This document shows positions 24,176 to 37,226 of a stretch of 64,000 bases of DNA, one piece after another. The notes beneath the pieces were generated by a model. It ran no database searches. It had not been told where the DNA came from and saw only the letters and a program-made list of their open reading frames with translations. Origin of the DNA: Octopus sinensis (taxonomy: Eukaryota); the NCBI RefSeq assembly GCF_006345805.1, contig NC_042998.1:85932001-85996000 (forward strand), written 5' to 3'. Made by a program: the position numbers and the translations under genes. Position 1 is the stretch's first letter. Every line of letters begins with the position of its first letter.

Positions 24176-24247
24176 TCTAGCTGAGGAGAACTAATCAAAT
24201 TTACATTAATAAATGTAATTTGGAAAGTTCAAAACCTAGGTCCTAGA
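24176..24247 (+). ncRNA. Type I hammerhead ribozyme, probably inactive (G12A)
   Basis: Stem I TCTAG/CTAGA, core CTGAGGA, stem II GAACT/AGTTC with an inner hairpin, AAAA instead of GAAA, palindromic stem III ACCTAGGT, GUC site. Confidence 0.8.
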
Positions 24248-24499
24248 TTATCCATATCTGGGTGGTACATTTATTTAATGTTCTTCCTACAGGTAAGATT
24301 AAATTTTCTATGCTTGCCCCCAACAAACATTTTTGTCAGTATATGTATAAATATATATATAGAGAGAGAGAGGAAAGTAAGAAGAAAAATAAGTGAAAAT
24401 GCACATTGGAAATCAAAAAAAGTAAAGGATTCTTATGAAAAGTAACAATAGATATATACAATTAGATGAACTGAAGTAGGAATAAAAGTAATAACAGTC

Positions 24500-25470
24500 A
24501 TTATTGTGAATTGTTAAAGAGATTTAAAAACATACTGGTTTCGTAAATTACTAATCATTGCTTTGAATGAGCGGTGTCAGGTCTATTGGTCCCTGAGGAA
24601 AAAGATTGTGTGTAAGGGAGGTAAGTAGTTCTGTATTTGGTGCAATTAGGGTAGTTATAGATCTGTACTGTGAATAGTGTATGGGATGTATGGGGGTTAG
24701 TGGTATTAATTGAAAGGTTAGTAGTGCTCTGTATTATGTTATGTGTTCATATTGAGTTGGGGAAGATATTTATTGATGAAAGTTGCCTCTTTATTCATTC
24801 TTTGTTGCATTGAGGTGTTCTGTGAACATTGATAGAAGGGGAAAATTTAGGAAATTAGGATTAAGATTCCTAGCACACCTTTCTATGTGTTCACTAACCT
24901 GTAACTGTCTGTATTGTGGGTGGTGGATTTGCTCTTTGTGGAGAGTGGTTCTTTGATGGAGTGATATTCCTGTTTGGCCAATATAATTGTTACCACGCCC
25001 AAAGCATGTAATGGCATAGATTAGATTTTCTGAGGCACAGGTGAAATTTGATTTGATCTTGAATATTTTACCTTGTTTAAAGTGGAATTGTGAACCCTCC
25101 AAAAGGTGGGGGCATGTACCACAGTTAGGCCAACCACATTTTTTCACTTTTGGTTTTGTTGTTAATGGATATAGTCGTGCGCTGGTTAATGTTTTTTTCA
25201 GTGATTTAGGTTGCATTTTGCTTTTGATAATTTTTATGAGCTTAAAATTTTGTTCATTGTTTTATCTCCTGTGAGGATGGGAAGATTTTGGATGATAACA
25301 TTGAAGGCTTTGTTGTTTCTAGGGTTATGTGTGGAGATGTAAGAGAGTATTTTAAAGTCTGGTTTAGTATTTCGGTTGGCTTCCCATTTCAAGATATTTT
25401 TATGCAGTTTTGGTAAATATATCTGTTAAAATGAGATGTCAGTGTTATTTTTATTGTTGCATAATTTTGC
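24500..25470 (-). mobile_element. Penelope-like element 3' fragment (Cys-rich linker + GIY-YIG, Neptune-like)
   Basis: ORF 24791..25216: CGWPNCGTCPHL...FTCASENLIYAITC...YIGQTG...VSEHI. The left boundary is uncertain. Confidence 0.85.
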
Positions 25471-25484
25471 TTGCACCATCCAAA

Positions 25485-26142
25485 ATGGGTTACAGAGGTC
25501 AAAGAACGCATATCAAGCGTTTAGCTGCACCTAAACATTGGCAAAGCTCGGTGGTGTTTTGCACCCTGACCCAGCACAGGACCCCACAAGGTGAGGGAGT
25601 GTCTGCTGTTGATAATTTTCCTTAGAAATCGTCTGAAGTATGCACTCGCCTCTGATGAGGTGAAGAAGATTGTGAAGCAGAAGTTGATAAGTGTTGATGG
25701 ACAAGTGAGAACAGATTTCACATACCCAGCTGGTTTCATGGATGTCATCACCATTGAAAAGACCGATGAATATTTCCGTTTGATTTATGATGCAAAAGGA
25801 AAAATTATTGTGCACTGTATTAAAGCTGATGAAGCAAAGTATAACCTGTGCCGCATAAAGAAAGTACAAACTGGTATAAAGGGAATTCCATTCCTAGTAA
25901 TACATGACAGTCGTACAATCCGCTACCCTGATCCCCTCATCAAAGTCAGTGACAGTGTTTTGTTAGATATTGCTACTAGCAAGATCGAAGCGTTTATCAA
26001 ATTTGACTCTGGTAACCTATGTATGATCACTGGCGGCCACAACATTGGGTGTGTCGGTGTAATAACTCACAGGGATAGACATCCAGGGTCCTTTGACATT
26101 GTACATGTCGGAGATACATTGGGGCATGTATTTGCCACATGG
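25485..26142 (+). pseudogene. RPS4: Processed (intronless) 40S ribosomal protein S4 pseudogene, 3'-truncated at a SINE
   Basis: [57 protein letters not shown] and [11 protein letters not shown] match RPS4. Frameshifts and a TGA lie near 25537-25570. No introns over about 215 codons. Confidence 0.95.
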
Positions 26143-26510
26143 TTCCAGGTTCAGTCCCACTGCGTGCACCTTGGGCAAGTGTCTTCTACTATAGCCTCAG
26201 GCTGACTAAAGCCTTGTGAGTGGATTTGGTAGACGGAAACTGAAAGAAGCCTGTCATCTATATGCGTATATATATGTATGTGTGTGTATATGTTTGTGTG
26301 TCTGTGTTTGTACCCCCAATATTACTTGACAACAGATGCTGGTGTGTTTATGTCACCATAACTTAGTGGTTTGGCAAAAGAGATTGATAGAACAAGTACT
26401 AGGCTTACAAAGAATAAGTCCTGGGGTCGATTTGCTCAACTAAAGGCCGTGCTCCAGCATGGCCACAGTCACATGACTGAAACAAGTAAAAGAGTAAAGA
26501 GTAAAGAGTA
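26135..26510 (+). mobile_element. 5'-truncated tRNA/CORE-type SINE fused to the RPS4 retrocopy
   Basis: Begins at ccacatggttccaggttcagtccc and ends ccagcatggccacagtcacatgactgaaacaagtaaaagagtaaagagtaaagagta. Confidence 0.9.
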
Positions 26511-27551
26511 TGACAAATTTACTGTACCCTGTATATTTTGAATTCTAGTCATACAACATTGAATGGCCCAACATATTTGTAGAAGACACTTGGTTATTGC
26601 CCAAGGTGTAATGCAGTGAAATTGAACCTGAGATCTCATGTTTATGAAGTAAACTTCTTCACCACATTGCCATTGCTACAACTATATAATAAATATATAG
26701 ACATATAACCCCACCCCCATACACACACATATTTACGTATGACATATAGTTCTGTCATGGCATAAGAAAACATATCCTGTTTAGTGACAGAATAAAGAGC
26801 TATTGATCCATTTTGTTACATACTATTTTAAACAGGTTTATCTAACTTTCTTTTAGATTTTTTACATTCCAATCTAATGATTCATAATTATTTCAAATAA
26901 AAATGTATCACCTATTATTGATTTATATCAACACTCAGCTATTGAAATAACCTGTGTTCTGATATGTACATTCTTATGGATCTGTCTAAATATATATTTA
27001 GATAAGCACATGAAAACAAGCAATAAATAATAAAAAAAACACTGAGGTACTCACACACACACACATGCATATAGATACACACACACATATAGACACACAT
27101 ACGCATAAACATACAAATATACACAGATACACATTTTATATATACTGGTGTATATAAAATAGTAATTACTTTTGAAACACCAAAATGAAGACAGCAATAT
27201 ATGTACACTTTTTTACATGAATAAATAGGTCTAGTTATGTTTGTGTGGATAAGAATTTTGCTTCACAACCATATGGTTTCAAGTTCAGTCCCACCATGTG
27301 ACAATGAGGAACTCTGGCCTGACCAGTGCTTCATGAGTGAATTTAGTTGAGAAAAATTTGTGAGGGAGTCCATACACACACACATGCATACAGACACACA
27401 TACATAAAGAGTGGGATTAGAATGGTGGTGCTGGCTCTCATTATTTAGTGCAGATAAGAAGAAAAGTCCTGCAGTGTCAAGAGTAAGTTAATAAATCCAC
27501 TTGAGGGTGTGCCACACTTACTCATGATCTTCAGACATGAAGAAACTGCCT

Positions 27552-27621
<70 letters not shown>

Positions 27622-27632
27622 GAGTGTGCATG

Positions 27633-27668
<36 letters not shown>

Positions 27669-27699
27669 TGTGTGTGCATGTATATGTGTGTGGCTGTGT

Positions 27700-27920
27700 T
27701 CATGTTTGTGCTTGTGTTTGTCTCATACTGCTTCCCAACTGGTGTGGCTTGTTTACTTTTAAACAATCTTGTAGTTCAACAAAGAAAAAGACACTAATAA
27801 AATAAGTACCAAGCTTTAAATAAGTTAATACTAGGCTTCATTGGGCTGAGTAGACACTTCAAGGCAGTGCTCCAGCATGGTCACAGTCCAATGACTGAAA
27901 CAAGTAAAAGAATAAAGGAA
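27700..27920 (+). mobile_element. SINE 3' half (CR1/L2-type tail)
   Basis: ggcagtgctccagcatggtcacagtccaatgactgaaacaagtaaaaga. Confidence 0.7.
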
Positions 27921-27979
27921 TAAGAAAATATATCGAATAATAAGTGAAACATTTGTTAATATCTTGTTTTATTTTTAAG

Positions 27980-28470
27980 TAGTGAATTGGCAGAATTGTT
28001 AAAATGCTGAGCAAAATACTTAGTGGTATTTTGTTTGCCCTTACATTTTAAGTTCAGATTCTGTCAGCGTTGATTTTGCCTTTCATCCTTTTGAGATTGA
28101 TAAAATAAGTACCAGTTGAGCCCTGCGGTTGATGTAATTGACTTACCCCTTCCTGAAATTTGCTGGCCTTGTGCCAAAATTTGAAACCAATATTTTGTTT
28201 TGTTTTATTGATTCTATTTTATTTCATCTTTCTCCCCTTCTCTTCCTCCTCCTCCTCCTCCTCCACTTCTTTCTTCTCATTGTTGTCCTCATCATTTTAA
28301 TATCTACTTTTCCATTGTCTGCCTTTACATTCTGAGTTCAAATTCCACCAACGTCGACTTTGCCTCTCATCATTTTGGTGTTGATAAATTAAGCCCCAGT
28401 TGTATACTGGGGTCAAGCTAATTGACTGGCGCCCTTCCCAAAAATTTCAGGCTTTGTGCCTAGAGTTGAA
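27980..28470 (+). mobile_element. Two decayed Meta-domain-like SINE copies (27980-28190, 28320-28470)
   Basis: gcctttcatccttttgagattgataaaataagtaccagttgagc and its paralogue. Confidence 0.65.
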
Positions 28471-29170
28471 AAGTATATCTATTCTTCCATGTTTGCATGA
28501 GATAGATGGAATTTGTTCAGGAAAATTTTCTATGGCCAGATGTCCTTCCAATTTATTTTATAGATATTGCACAGAATTCAAAAATGCTGTTTAATACAGA
28601 GAAATGTATTGAAATTATGCTGCTGATAGCACAAAAACATTATGGAAAACTCCAAGCAATTTTGAAGTTTAAAGAATTTCATTGATGAATGCACAGGTTC
28701 AATAATATCTCAAAAATATATCTAAATGCTATTGAAAGTTATGGTGAGCAAATGTCAATAAATTCTCATTGAAAATGGTAGTTCATCTGTTGAAAAATAT
28801 TCTTTCTAATTTTGTACAAGGCCTGCAAGTTTGAAAGGAGGGCAGCTTACTACCATGAAAAATATCAATTTTACTTCCTGTTAGATTTGTGAATAAAAGA
28901 TTTTTCTTCGTGACTCAGTTTGCCTTTCCTCTTTATTGGGTTTCTTATGTCATGTTTTAATATATTTTTATATCTTTTCTTGTTATCATCATCATCATCA
29001 TCATCATCATCATAATTGCCGAAGTACTGTGTGACTGACGAAATTGAAATTATGCATTGAAAATTTTGACATGTCATCAAAAGAAATTAAAATTGAAAGT
29101 GAACTTAAGAAATTTCTAATGCTATTCCTCAACATAGCTGCTAAGTGTGAGTGTGAGTTTGTGTGTGTGT

Positions 29171-29204
<34 letters not shown>

Positions 29205-29206
<2 letters not shown>

Positions 29207-29808
29207 GGGTAGACATGCGATGAGGTGGTCAAGCATGACCTTCAGATGTCAGGCCTCACAGAGGTGATGACGAAAGACTGAGATCTCTGGAGATATGCTG
29301 TGACTGCGAAGACCTGACAAATAACGTGAATTCATGGCTGTTTCCTGCACCAGTTTCACATAGCAGCCCCAGCCCATCCAAAGTACCTTGGATCGCAGAA
29401 CGGTTGCTGTGCTTACCTTGGATCGAAAGGCGACCTGCTGTGCTTGAGGAGACCTATTGAGTCAAGTACATCAAAATCAAAATAAAAAAATTAAATGGAA
29501 ATTGTAGTTGTGATACCTATGCCAGTGGCATGTAAAAAGCACCATCCAAACGTGGCCGATGCCAGCACCACCTTGACTGGCTTCCGTGCCGGTGGCATGT
29601 AAAAAGCACCAACCGATTGTGGCTGCTGCCAGCCTCCCCTGGCACCTGTGCCAGTGGCATGTAAAAAGCACCCACTATACTCATGGAGTGGTTGGTGTTA
29701 GATCAGACTGGAGCCTGGTGCAGCCTCCTAGCTTCCCAGACACTGGTCAAACCGTCCAACCCATGCTAGCATGGAAAATGGACATTAAACGATGATGATG
29801 ATGATGAT
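29205..29808 (+). mobile_element. 5'-truncated RTE (second subfamily), ORF end + 3' UTR
   Basis: Same subfamily as 44630-45020(-). (GAT)n tail, with (TA)n on both sides. Confidence 0.85.
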
Positions 29809-29933
29809 ATATATATATATATATATATATAACATAATATTTTCTATTTTTGAAAACCAGTAGATGTGTTCCACTGAATATATATAAACCTTCGAACAGA
29901 TATTCAACAGTGACGCCTGCTGTGTTTGGCTAC

Positions 29934-29976
29934 TCCACATTGATAAGGGGCAAATACCTCGAAACTAGTCTGTGGA
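29934..29976 (+). ncRNA. Minimal type I hammerhead ribozyme with U3-A8 core variant
   Basis: TCCACA-TTGATAA-GGGG(caaata)CCTC-GAAA-CTAGTC-TGTGGA: perfect 6-bp stem I, palindromic stem III ACTAGT, GUC site. Confidence 0.8.
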
Positions 29977-30203
29977 TGCTTGAACCAGCATGGGGAAGCT
30001 GATGACCTCCCCTGTTCAAAGGTTGTAATGAACTCAGGTTTGTGTGTTATATAGCTAGCTAGAGGCGATGGCCTCTTGGAGCTAATGAATGGCAGGATTT
30101 GTCCTATTTTTCTGGATTGCCATGTTAGCTTGGTGATAACTATTAATATCCAGTATTAATATCTACAGTCTCCTTTAGAGAGATTTAAAAATAATAATAT
30201 TTC

Positions 30204-30268
<65 letters not shown>

Positions 30269-30269
30269 C

Positions 30270-30355
<86 letters not shown>

Positions 30356-30361
30356 TATATA

Positions 30362-31297
30362 CTAGCAGCATAGCCTGGCGTTGTCCGGGTATGTAAGAAT
30401 CCCTAGTAGGCAACGACTAATCTCAATCTAGTCCTTTCCCTCTAGGCGCATGTGTAGGTCTTCTCTTCACTCGAATACTTCTGTGTATACGATGTTCCTA
30501 GCTGTCCCTTTGGGCGAAAACATGAAAACATCATTGCGCCTCCCAACGCGTGAACAGCCCACGTAGAGTTGACCGTGGGCGAAGCACTGTTCACCCAACT
30601 GTAACCCAGCGACTTGTAGCGTTTGGCCTCGGGATTTATTGATGGACATTGCAAAGCAGAGTTTAACAGGAAACTGAGAATGCCTGAAGTGTATTGGTAG
30701 GTCAGCGCCCGACGGTTGAAGGTGCATGCGTGGAATGAAGACGTCCTCTCCCTTCCCACAGCCGGTAAGTATTGTGGCCGTTATTAAATGTGGTGGCAAA
30801 TGTTTCACAACCAGACGTGTGCCGTTGCACTGTTTAGGTGGAACCAAATTCCTGATGAGCATAATGGACACACCGACTTTTAACTTCAGGATGTGTGGCG
30901 GCAGGCCTGGCGGTTCAAGTGAATTCAGGAATTCAACAGGATAATCGGCAAGCTCGGCGGGGTCTGCTGTCCTATCAATAGATTTGTAGACGTGGACATC
31001 ACCAGGAATAGCTTCAAGTAGCTGGATATTGATGGAGTTGAGAGTTAAAAAGGTCGAGTTGCGTCCCCTAGACAGTCTGTGGTTTGTGTTTCTGATTCTC
31101 GACCCCATGTCGAATTTATCAATTTTTTTCAGAACTGGGGGAACTTTTCAAAATTTTTGCTGCATTAGTTTTGAATTATGATATAGGGCTATGTGTGTGT
31201 CAAGTTTCATCAGAATCGGTTGAAAGCCGTGGTCAGGGTGAGGGTACAACCTGACAGACACACAGACAGACAGACAGACAAACTGCCGTTTATATAT

Positions 31298-31300
<3 letters not shown>
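30362..31300 (-). mobile_element. Non-autonomous Helitron (939 bp) retaining the Pif1 helicase C-terminus
   Basis: Minus strand reads A|TCTATATATAAA...cccggacaacgccaggctatgctgCTAG|T, with no TSD. ORF 30467..31108 has VEFLNSLEPPGLPPH, CNGTRL, FAMSINKSRGQT and HGQLYVGCSRV. Confidence 0.95.
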
Positions 31301-31366
<66 letters not shown>

Positions 31367-31401
31367 CAGAGAGACAGACAGACAGAAAGAGAGAGAGAGA
31401 G

Positions 31402-32912
31402 TATTTCTTTATTCACCATAAGGTTGAGAAAAAGAGGGGACAAAACAAACGTTGGGGTCAGGGTATCGAATGAGACGAAACATATGAATAAACAAACAAT
31501 TAAAATATATACAATTAAATGAGAATGAGTGAATAACAAAAAATGAAACGGAGGACGTGGTTGACCCCACAAACCACATACTCACACTGAAGACTTTGCT
31601 TTCTCCTTTTTTACATTCTCGATTAAACAGGTTCTTTCACTCGCAACATACTTGCTATAGACTTCCATCTTTTACGAAACACACTTTGGCATTTCTTCTC
31701 CAGCCTTATTTTCCATTTCATGTGGAAAACGAAAAAGTCGATTAGCTCGAGACTGGAGATAAACATGCCTGTTGCAATTCCTTTTACTCTCGTCCTCCAT
31801 ACTACTTCTTTCGTCACAGCAACTACCGAGAGAAAACAGGCTCGCTCTTCCCTATTCAGGGAGGTCGGCGGAACTATCTTAATTACAGATTCGCTCGACA
31901 GTTGTACTCTTGTCAAATGCGACAGCAGGTGTTCGACATAAGCCCAGAGTTCAGTCACCTTGGAGCATTGCACAATCATGTGCAGAACAGTTTCACTGTC
32001 CCTCTCACATCTTGCACAAACTGGCGAAGGTGCACACCCATGTCTAAAGAGCTTATCTCGAACCGGTAAAGTTCCTCTGTAACATTGCCAGGCCAGGGAC
32101 TTTTGGTAATTATCCATAGGCCCCGGACTGAATGTTCTTTGGAACAGGCTGGCCAGTTGATTTTCGTCGAAGCCCAGGGTTTCTCCCAGGACGTCGTCAC
32201 ACTTAAACTCTACTAACCCTCTATAGAAGAACGAGGTACTACCCCCGCGTTGCCCGACTGGGAGAGAAGCACGAGTGCCTGATGGCACTCTACATGCCAC
32301 ACGCCCAACCTCGGTCTACACTTGATCCATGGATTCAGTTTGGTAAACGATGTGAACTGTGGAAATAACAGCTTGACGAATGGAGACCACACTTGCTCAC
32401 CGTCCAGGTAAAGCCAGAGGTGCCTAAGCCTGAGCGCATTTTTAGCCACGGCATCCCTAACCCACCCTTCAGTGGCTTTTGGCAGCAAATAGAGCACCTT
32501 ACAAGAGGTCTGCTGCCCCTCCACAAAAAGTGAAAGAGCATGTGTTCCAGCTTGTTCAGCCACGAATCGCGGCAAGGCACAACGGTCAGGCGGTAAGTGA
32601 TTACAGAGGCAATAAACACCTCTGCAACCTCCGCCCTCCCTTTCAAGGACAGCTTCCGCTCAGACCAGGTCTGAGTTAGGAGAGCCACTTTTTTCACCAC
32701 CTCGCTCCAATTCTTCTCTTTCTGGAGATCTGGACCTAACCAGAATCCAAACATTTTCACCGGCCCTTCCGTCCAACATCCTACGACGCTGTCGGAAGAC
32801 ATCGACTTGCCCCTCCAGGTGCCGAGTTGCAAGCCGACCGATTTATTCCAGTTGACTTTCGCTCCTGCCACCGCTTCGTAGTCCCTTAAGGCCTCACCCA
32901 CCCACTGTAGGT
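31402..32912 (-). mobile_element. 5'-truncated Tx1-clade (L1 group) LINE in a (TC)n tract
   Basis: Post-RT remnants (GAKVNWNKS, LSLKGRAEV, KGGLGMP) and a zf-RVT-like LAWQCYRGTLPVRDKL...CARC...ETVLHMIVQC. AATAAA at the 3' end and (TC)n on both flanks. Confidence 0.88.
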
Positions 32913-33019
32913 GAGAGAGAGAAATAGACATGGCTGGTCTGTGGGGTTACTCTACTGTTCTATAACGTAGAGTGTGCTTCCATTTGGGATTTATAATTTG
33001 CTGACGATCTACACACACA

Positions 33020-33390
33020 CACACATCTTTTATCTTTAATTTATTTTAGTCATATGAGATTGTAGCTATACTGAGGCAGTCATTATTTAGTTTTTAGATC
33101 TGGTACTTATTCCATTGGTTTCTTTTTGTAGAACCACTAACTTACAGGGTTGCTAACAAAGCAACATTGGTTGTCAAGCAGTGGGAGCAGGACACACACA
33201 CACACACACACACACGCACTTACACATGATGGGTTTACATACATACACATGATGGATTTCATACAGTTTCTGTCTATCAGATTTGTTTACAAGGCATTAG
33301 ATTTCCTGGAGATATAGTACTGAGCCATGGGACTGAACCTGAACCTATGTGGCTGTAAACTGACCTTCTTTACCACACAACCATGATTCA
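33020..33390 (-). mobile_element. Decayed tRNA/CORE-type SINE
   Basis: Minus-strand head atggttgtgtggtaaagaagg...ggttcaggttcagtccc with an internal (TG)n. Confidence 0.7.
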
Positions 33391-33430
33391 TACACATACA
33401 TGTATACATGTAAATACATACATACATACA

Positions 33431-33466
<36 letters not shown>

Positions 33467-33660
33467 CATATCACTAGTGTAGCTTGAGTGTGTCAGCTGG
33501 GGCAATTCTTCAGTTTGCAACCTTGGGCCCCAACAAAAAAATACATATTGCCTACAGCAGACCCAAAAGTGGTACTGCCCCCATAAAAGTACCACCTCCA
33601 TAAAAGTACCAGCAGGGATGCCCCCTCCCCCTTAGTTATGCTAATGATACATCTGTCTAT

Positions 33661-33724
<64 letters not shown>

Positions 33725-35627
33725 TTGTCTGTCTATCTGTCCTTCTATCTGTCTATCTTGATGGGCATTTGATGAAGTCTGTTTTCTGTACATTACTAGT
33801 ATTTATTGTACCTATACACCGGCCACATATGAAGACTACTTTTTCTGTTAAACTTTCTCTGATACTGCTGCACCTCTTATGTGTCCATAGCTTGTGCTGG
33901 GTATACTGTATGGAGTTTTAATCAACACCTTTTCTACACATTGAACAAGGCCATCTCCTAAAAGGGATTTGTGATTTGTCACTTTTTCTACTTACTAAGA
34001 CTTTAGTCTTAGCTATATTGGCTTAGGCATTTGCAGTGTGATAAAGAAAGGTCCAGAAGCTTAAGGACGCTCTAAATGGTCAGAAATTTAGAGATGTGTT
34101 ACTTGAAGCATTAGATGGAAAAGAGGAGGATACAGTCACATATGAGGAAGACAACTGGAGGTTCCTATTGGACAACTTGCTGAGGGCTACTGACGAAATC
34201 TGGCTGATGCAAGATCTCTCCTAGACCTAAGGTGACATGGTGGTGGAACAGTGTAGTTGACAGGGCCATTAGAGTGAAGAAAAGGGCCTGAAAGTATTGA
34301 AAGTGTGGTGGTAGCATGGAACTATTTCAGTCAGCTAGAAGGGAGGTTAGGAGACAGGTATATTTAGCCAGAGGAGAAACAGAAAGGAAGAAGTTCTGTG
34401 ATAGCTGGACCAGAAGCTTGAAGTGTTTTGAATTGCAAGACAGTATGTGAGAGAAAATCATGACATTGTAGGAGAGAAGTGTGTCAACATGGATGATGGT
34501 TCACTTGCAGTTAGTAATTCTACAAAGAAAGAAATTTGGAAGGTTATCAAATACAGAGAATGCATGGGAAAAGAAAAGTGTGCCTAATATAGATCCAGCT
34601 GAGGAACCAGCCATCCGAATAGACAGTAGCTTGGTAGATAAAGCAATTAAGGATATGAATACAGGAAAAGCCCCTAGCCCTCAGGAATCACTGCTGAGAT
34701 GCTTAAAATATCTGGCGGAGTGGAATGTAGCCAAGTCCCCTATATAGTTAATCAAGTTGTCCATAAAGGAGTTATACCCAAAGACTTGTGTAGCAGTATC
34801 ATAGTCAACTGCTGCAAAGCTAAGAATGACATCTTAGACTGAAATAATTACTGAGGTATCAAATTATTAGACTGGGTGGTAAAATTTATAGAGAGGGTTA
34901 TAGTTCAACTAATGAGGAAAAGAGTTAGCCTAGATGAGATGCAGTTTGGTTTTGTGCCAGGAAGAAGTAAAACTGATGCTATATTCCAGGTAAGGCAACT
35001 TCAGGAGAAGTAGCTTCGCCAAAAATAAACAATTTTACTTGGCTTTTGTTGACACTGAGAAAGCCTTTGACAGGATCTCCTACTCCCTTATCTTGGTGGT
35101 CAAGGCAGAAAGATAGTGGTGAGAGTTGTTGTACAAGTTATGTACAGAGGGTGCTGCTATTAAGGTGAAGGTCAGCAATGAGTATAGCAATGAATTCAGT
35201 GTACAAGTAGAATTTCACCAGTAGGAGTTCATCATCATCTTTTTGTTAGTATTGTCCTCCAGGCCATAACAAAGGAATTTAAGACCAGCTGCCTTTGAGA
35301 CATCCTTTACACTGATGACCTTGTTTTTATAGCTAAATCACTACCTGACCTAGAAAAGAAATTTCAGGTATATAAGCAAGGCCTGGAATCTTAGGGCCTT
35401 AGAATTAATTTAGCAAGGACCAAAGTCCTAATAAGTAGGAAAACAAACAAATCTCAAATTACTTCAGGGAGATGACCCTGCTTGATATGTAAGACGGGTC
35501 TTGGTAGAAACTCCATATGTTATACCCAGTGCTAGCTTTGGATACATAAGAAGTGCAGCAGTATTACAGAGAGGTTAACAGAGAAAATAGTCTTTGTGTG
35601 TGGAAAATGTGTGAGTACAACAAACAC

Positions 35628-35881
35628 CATGCTGAGAGTTGCTGAAGCATGGAACAAACTGCCGGCATCAGTTGTTAGTTGTCGGAGCACTGCATCCTTC
35701 AAAACTTCCATGCATTCTGAGATTCGTCAACACTACACCTGATTTTCTCCCCTCCATACACACACAAGCATGTATCTGACTCATACATTGTTCACTTTCC
35801 AGACATTTGTACATTACTGCATATACTCTATACGCACTTTCTGACAAGCTGTGGTGCACCTGAGCACTGTATACAATAATT

Positions 35882-35975
<94 letters not shown>
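35628..35975 (+). mobile_element. CR1/L2-group LINE 3' end, (TTA)n tail
   Basis: LRVAEAWNKLPASVV...FK, then a 3' UTR ending tggtgcacctgagcactgtatacaataat(tta)n. Confidence 0.8.
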
Positions 35976-35976
<1 letters not shown>

Positions 35977-36194
35977 GGAGAATAGACTTCATGAAATGCT
36001 TGGGAGGATCCTTAGAAGTAGTAGATAGCTTCTATTTCCTTGGAGATCAAGTTAGCAGTAGAGATAGATGCTCTAATGTGTAGATCCTAGAATAAGAATG
36101 GGCTGGGCAAAGTTCAGAGAGTTATTACCTTGTTGGTAACAATGGGCCTCTCCTTCACATGGAAAAGTTGATTGTATGATGCCTGTGTATGTAC

Positions 36195-36570
36195 AGCTAT
36201 AATAATAATAATAATAATAATAATTGTGTACAGTGCTCAGGTGCACTACAACTCATCTAAAGTGTATATATAATCAGGTGTAGTTTCGGCGGATTTCGGA
36301 AAGCATGAGGGCCTTAAAGGATGCAGTGTCATGGCAGTCAACAACTGACGCAGGCAGTTTATTCCAAGCTTCAGCAACTCTGAGCGTGAAAAAATGTTTC
36401 CGAAAGTCATGGGAGCTGTGTTGTTTTCTGACTTTGTAGGCACGTCCACGTGTGTTAGACACATGGAGATCAATTGGCAGCAAATGCCTGAAGATCAGCC
36501 ATGTCTTCTGGCACCCCAATGGCAATAACTTCATGGGTAGCAGAAACCGCGGTCTTAGATGCAGCAAGAG
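36195..36570 (-). mobile_element. Same CR1/L2-group family, opposite strand
   Basis: ORF 36274..36567: NTRGRAYKVRKQHSSHDFRKHFFTLRVAEAWNKLPASVV. Same 3' tail. Confidence 0.85.
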
Positions 36571-36925
36571 GTACAGGTACAGGGAGGTTCTTTAGCAGAG
36601 CATTCCGATAAGACCCCTCATTGTGGAGTCCAACCTATGCTACATGGTAGTCAAGCATGGACTATGGCTACAGAGGACAAGTGAAGGCTTGAAAGAAATG
36701 AAGCCAGTATGCTCTGCTGGATGTGTAATATTAGTGTGTACATATGACAAGAGTGTAAATGATTGAAGAGGAAAACTGGGTATAGGAGGTATCAAAGGTA
36801 GTGTGCAAGAGAGAAGATTGCACTGGTATAGTTATGTGATGCATCATATGGATGAAGACAGCTGCATAAAGAGTGCCAATTTCTATATACATGTGTGTGT
36901 CTGTGTGTCTTTGTGTGTATAAATA

Positions 36926-36975
<50 letters not shown>

Positions 36976-37157
36976 TATATATCATCATCATCATCATTGT
37001 CAATGATTTATATATATATACATAAATATATATATATATATATATCATCATCATTGTCGATGATTTATATATATACACACACATATATATACATATATAT
37101 ATATATACATATATACATACATACATATATACATATATATATATGTATATATATATG

Positions 37158-37226
<69 letters not shown>

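Larger units (their letters stand above)
33770..36890 (+). mobile_element. Old RTE copy (34030-36890, +) with an inverted RTE piece (33770-34030, -) and two nested CR1/L2-type insertions
   Basis: Colinear with 9270-11350, with many stops. Interrupted at about 35628 and about 36195. Confidence 0.85.

Noticed and set aside
25460-26530. TSD around the RPS4-SINE chimera (aattttgcttgcacc versus aaatttactgtacc)
   Set aside because: Too many mismatches in AT-rich DNA to count as evidence.
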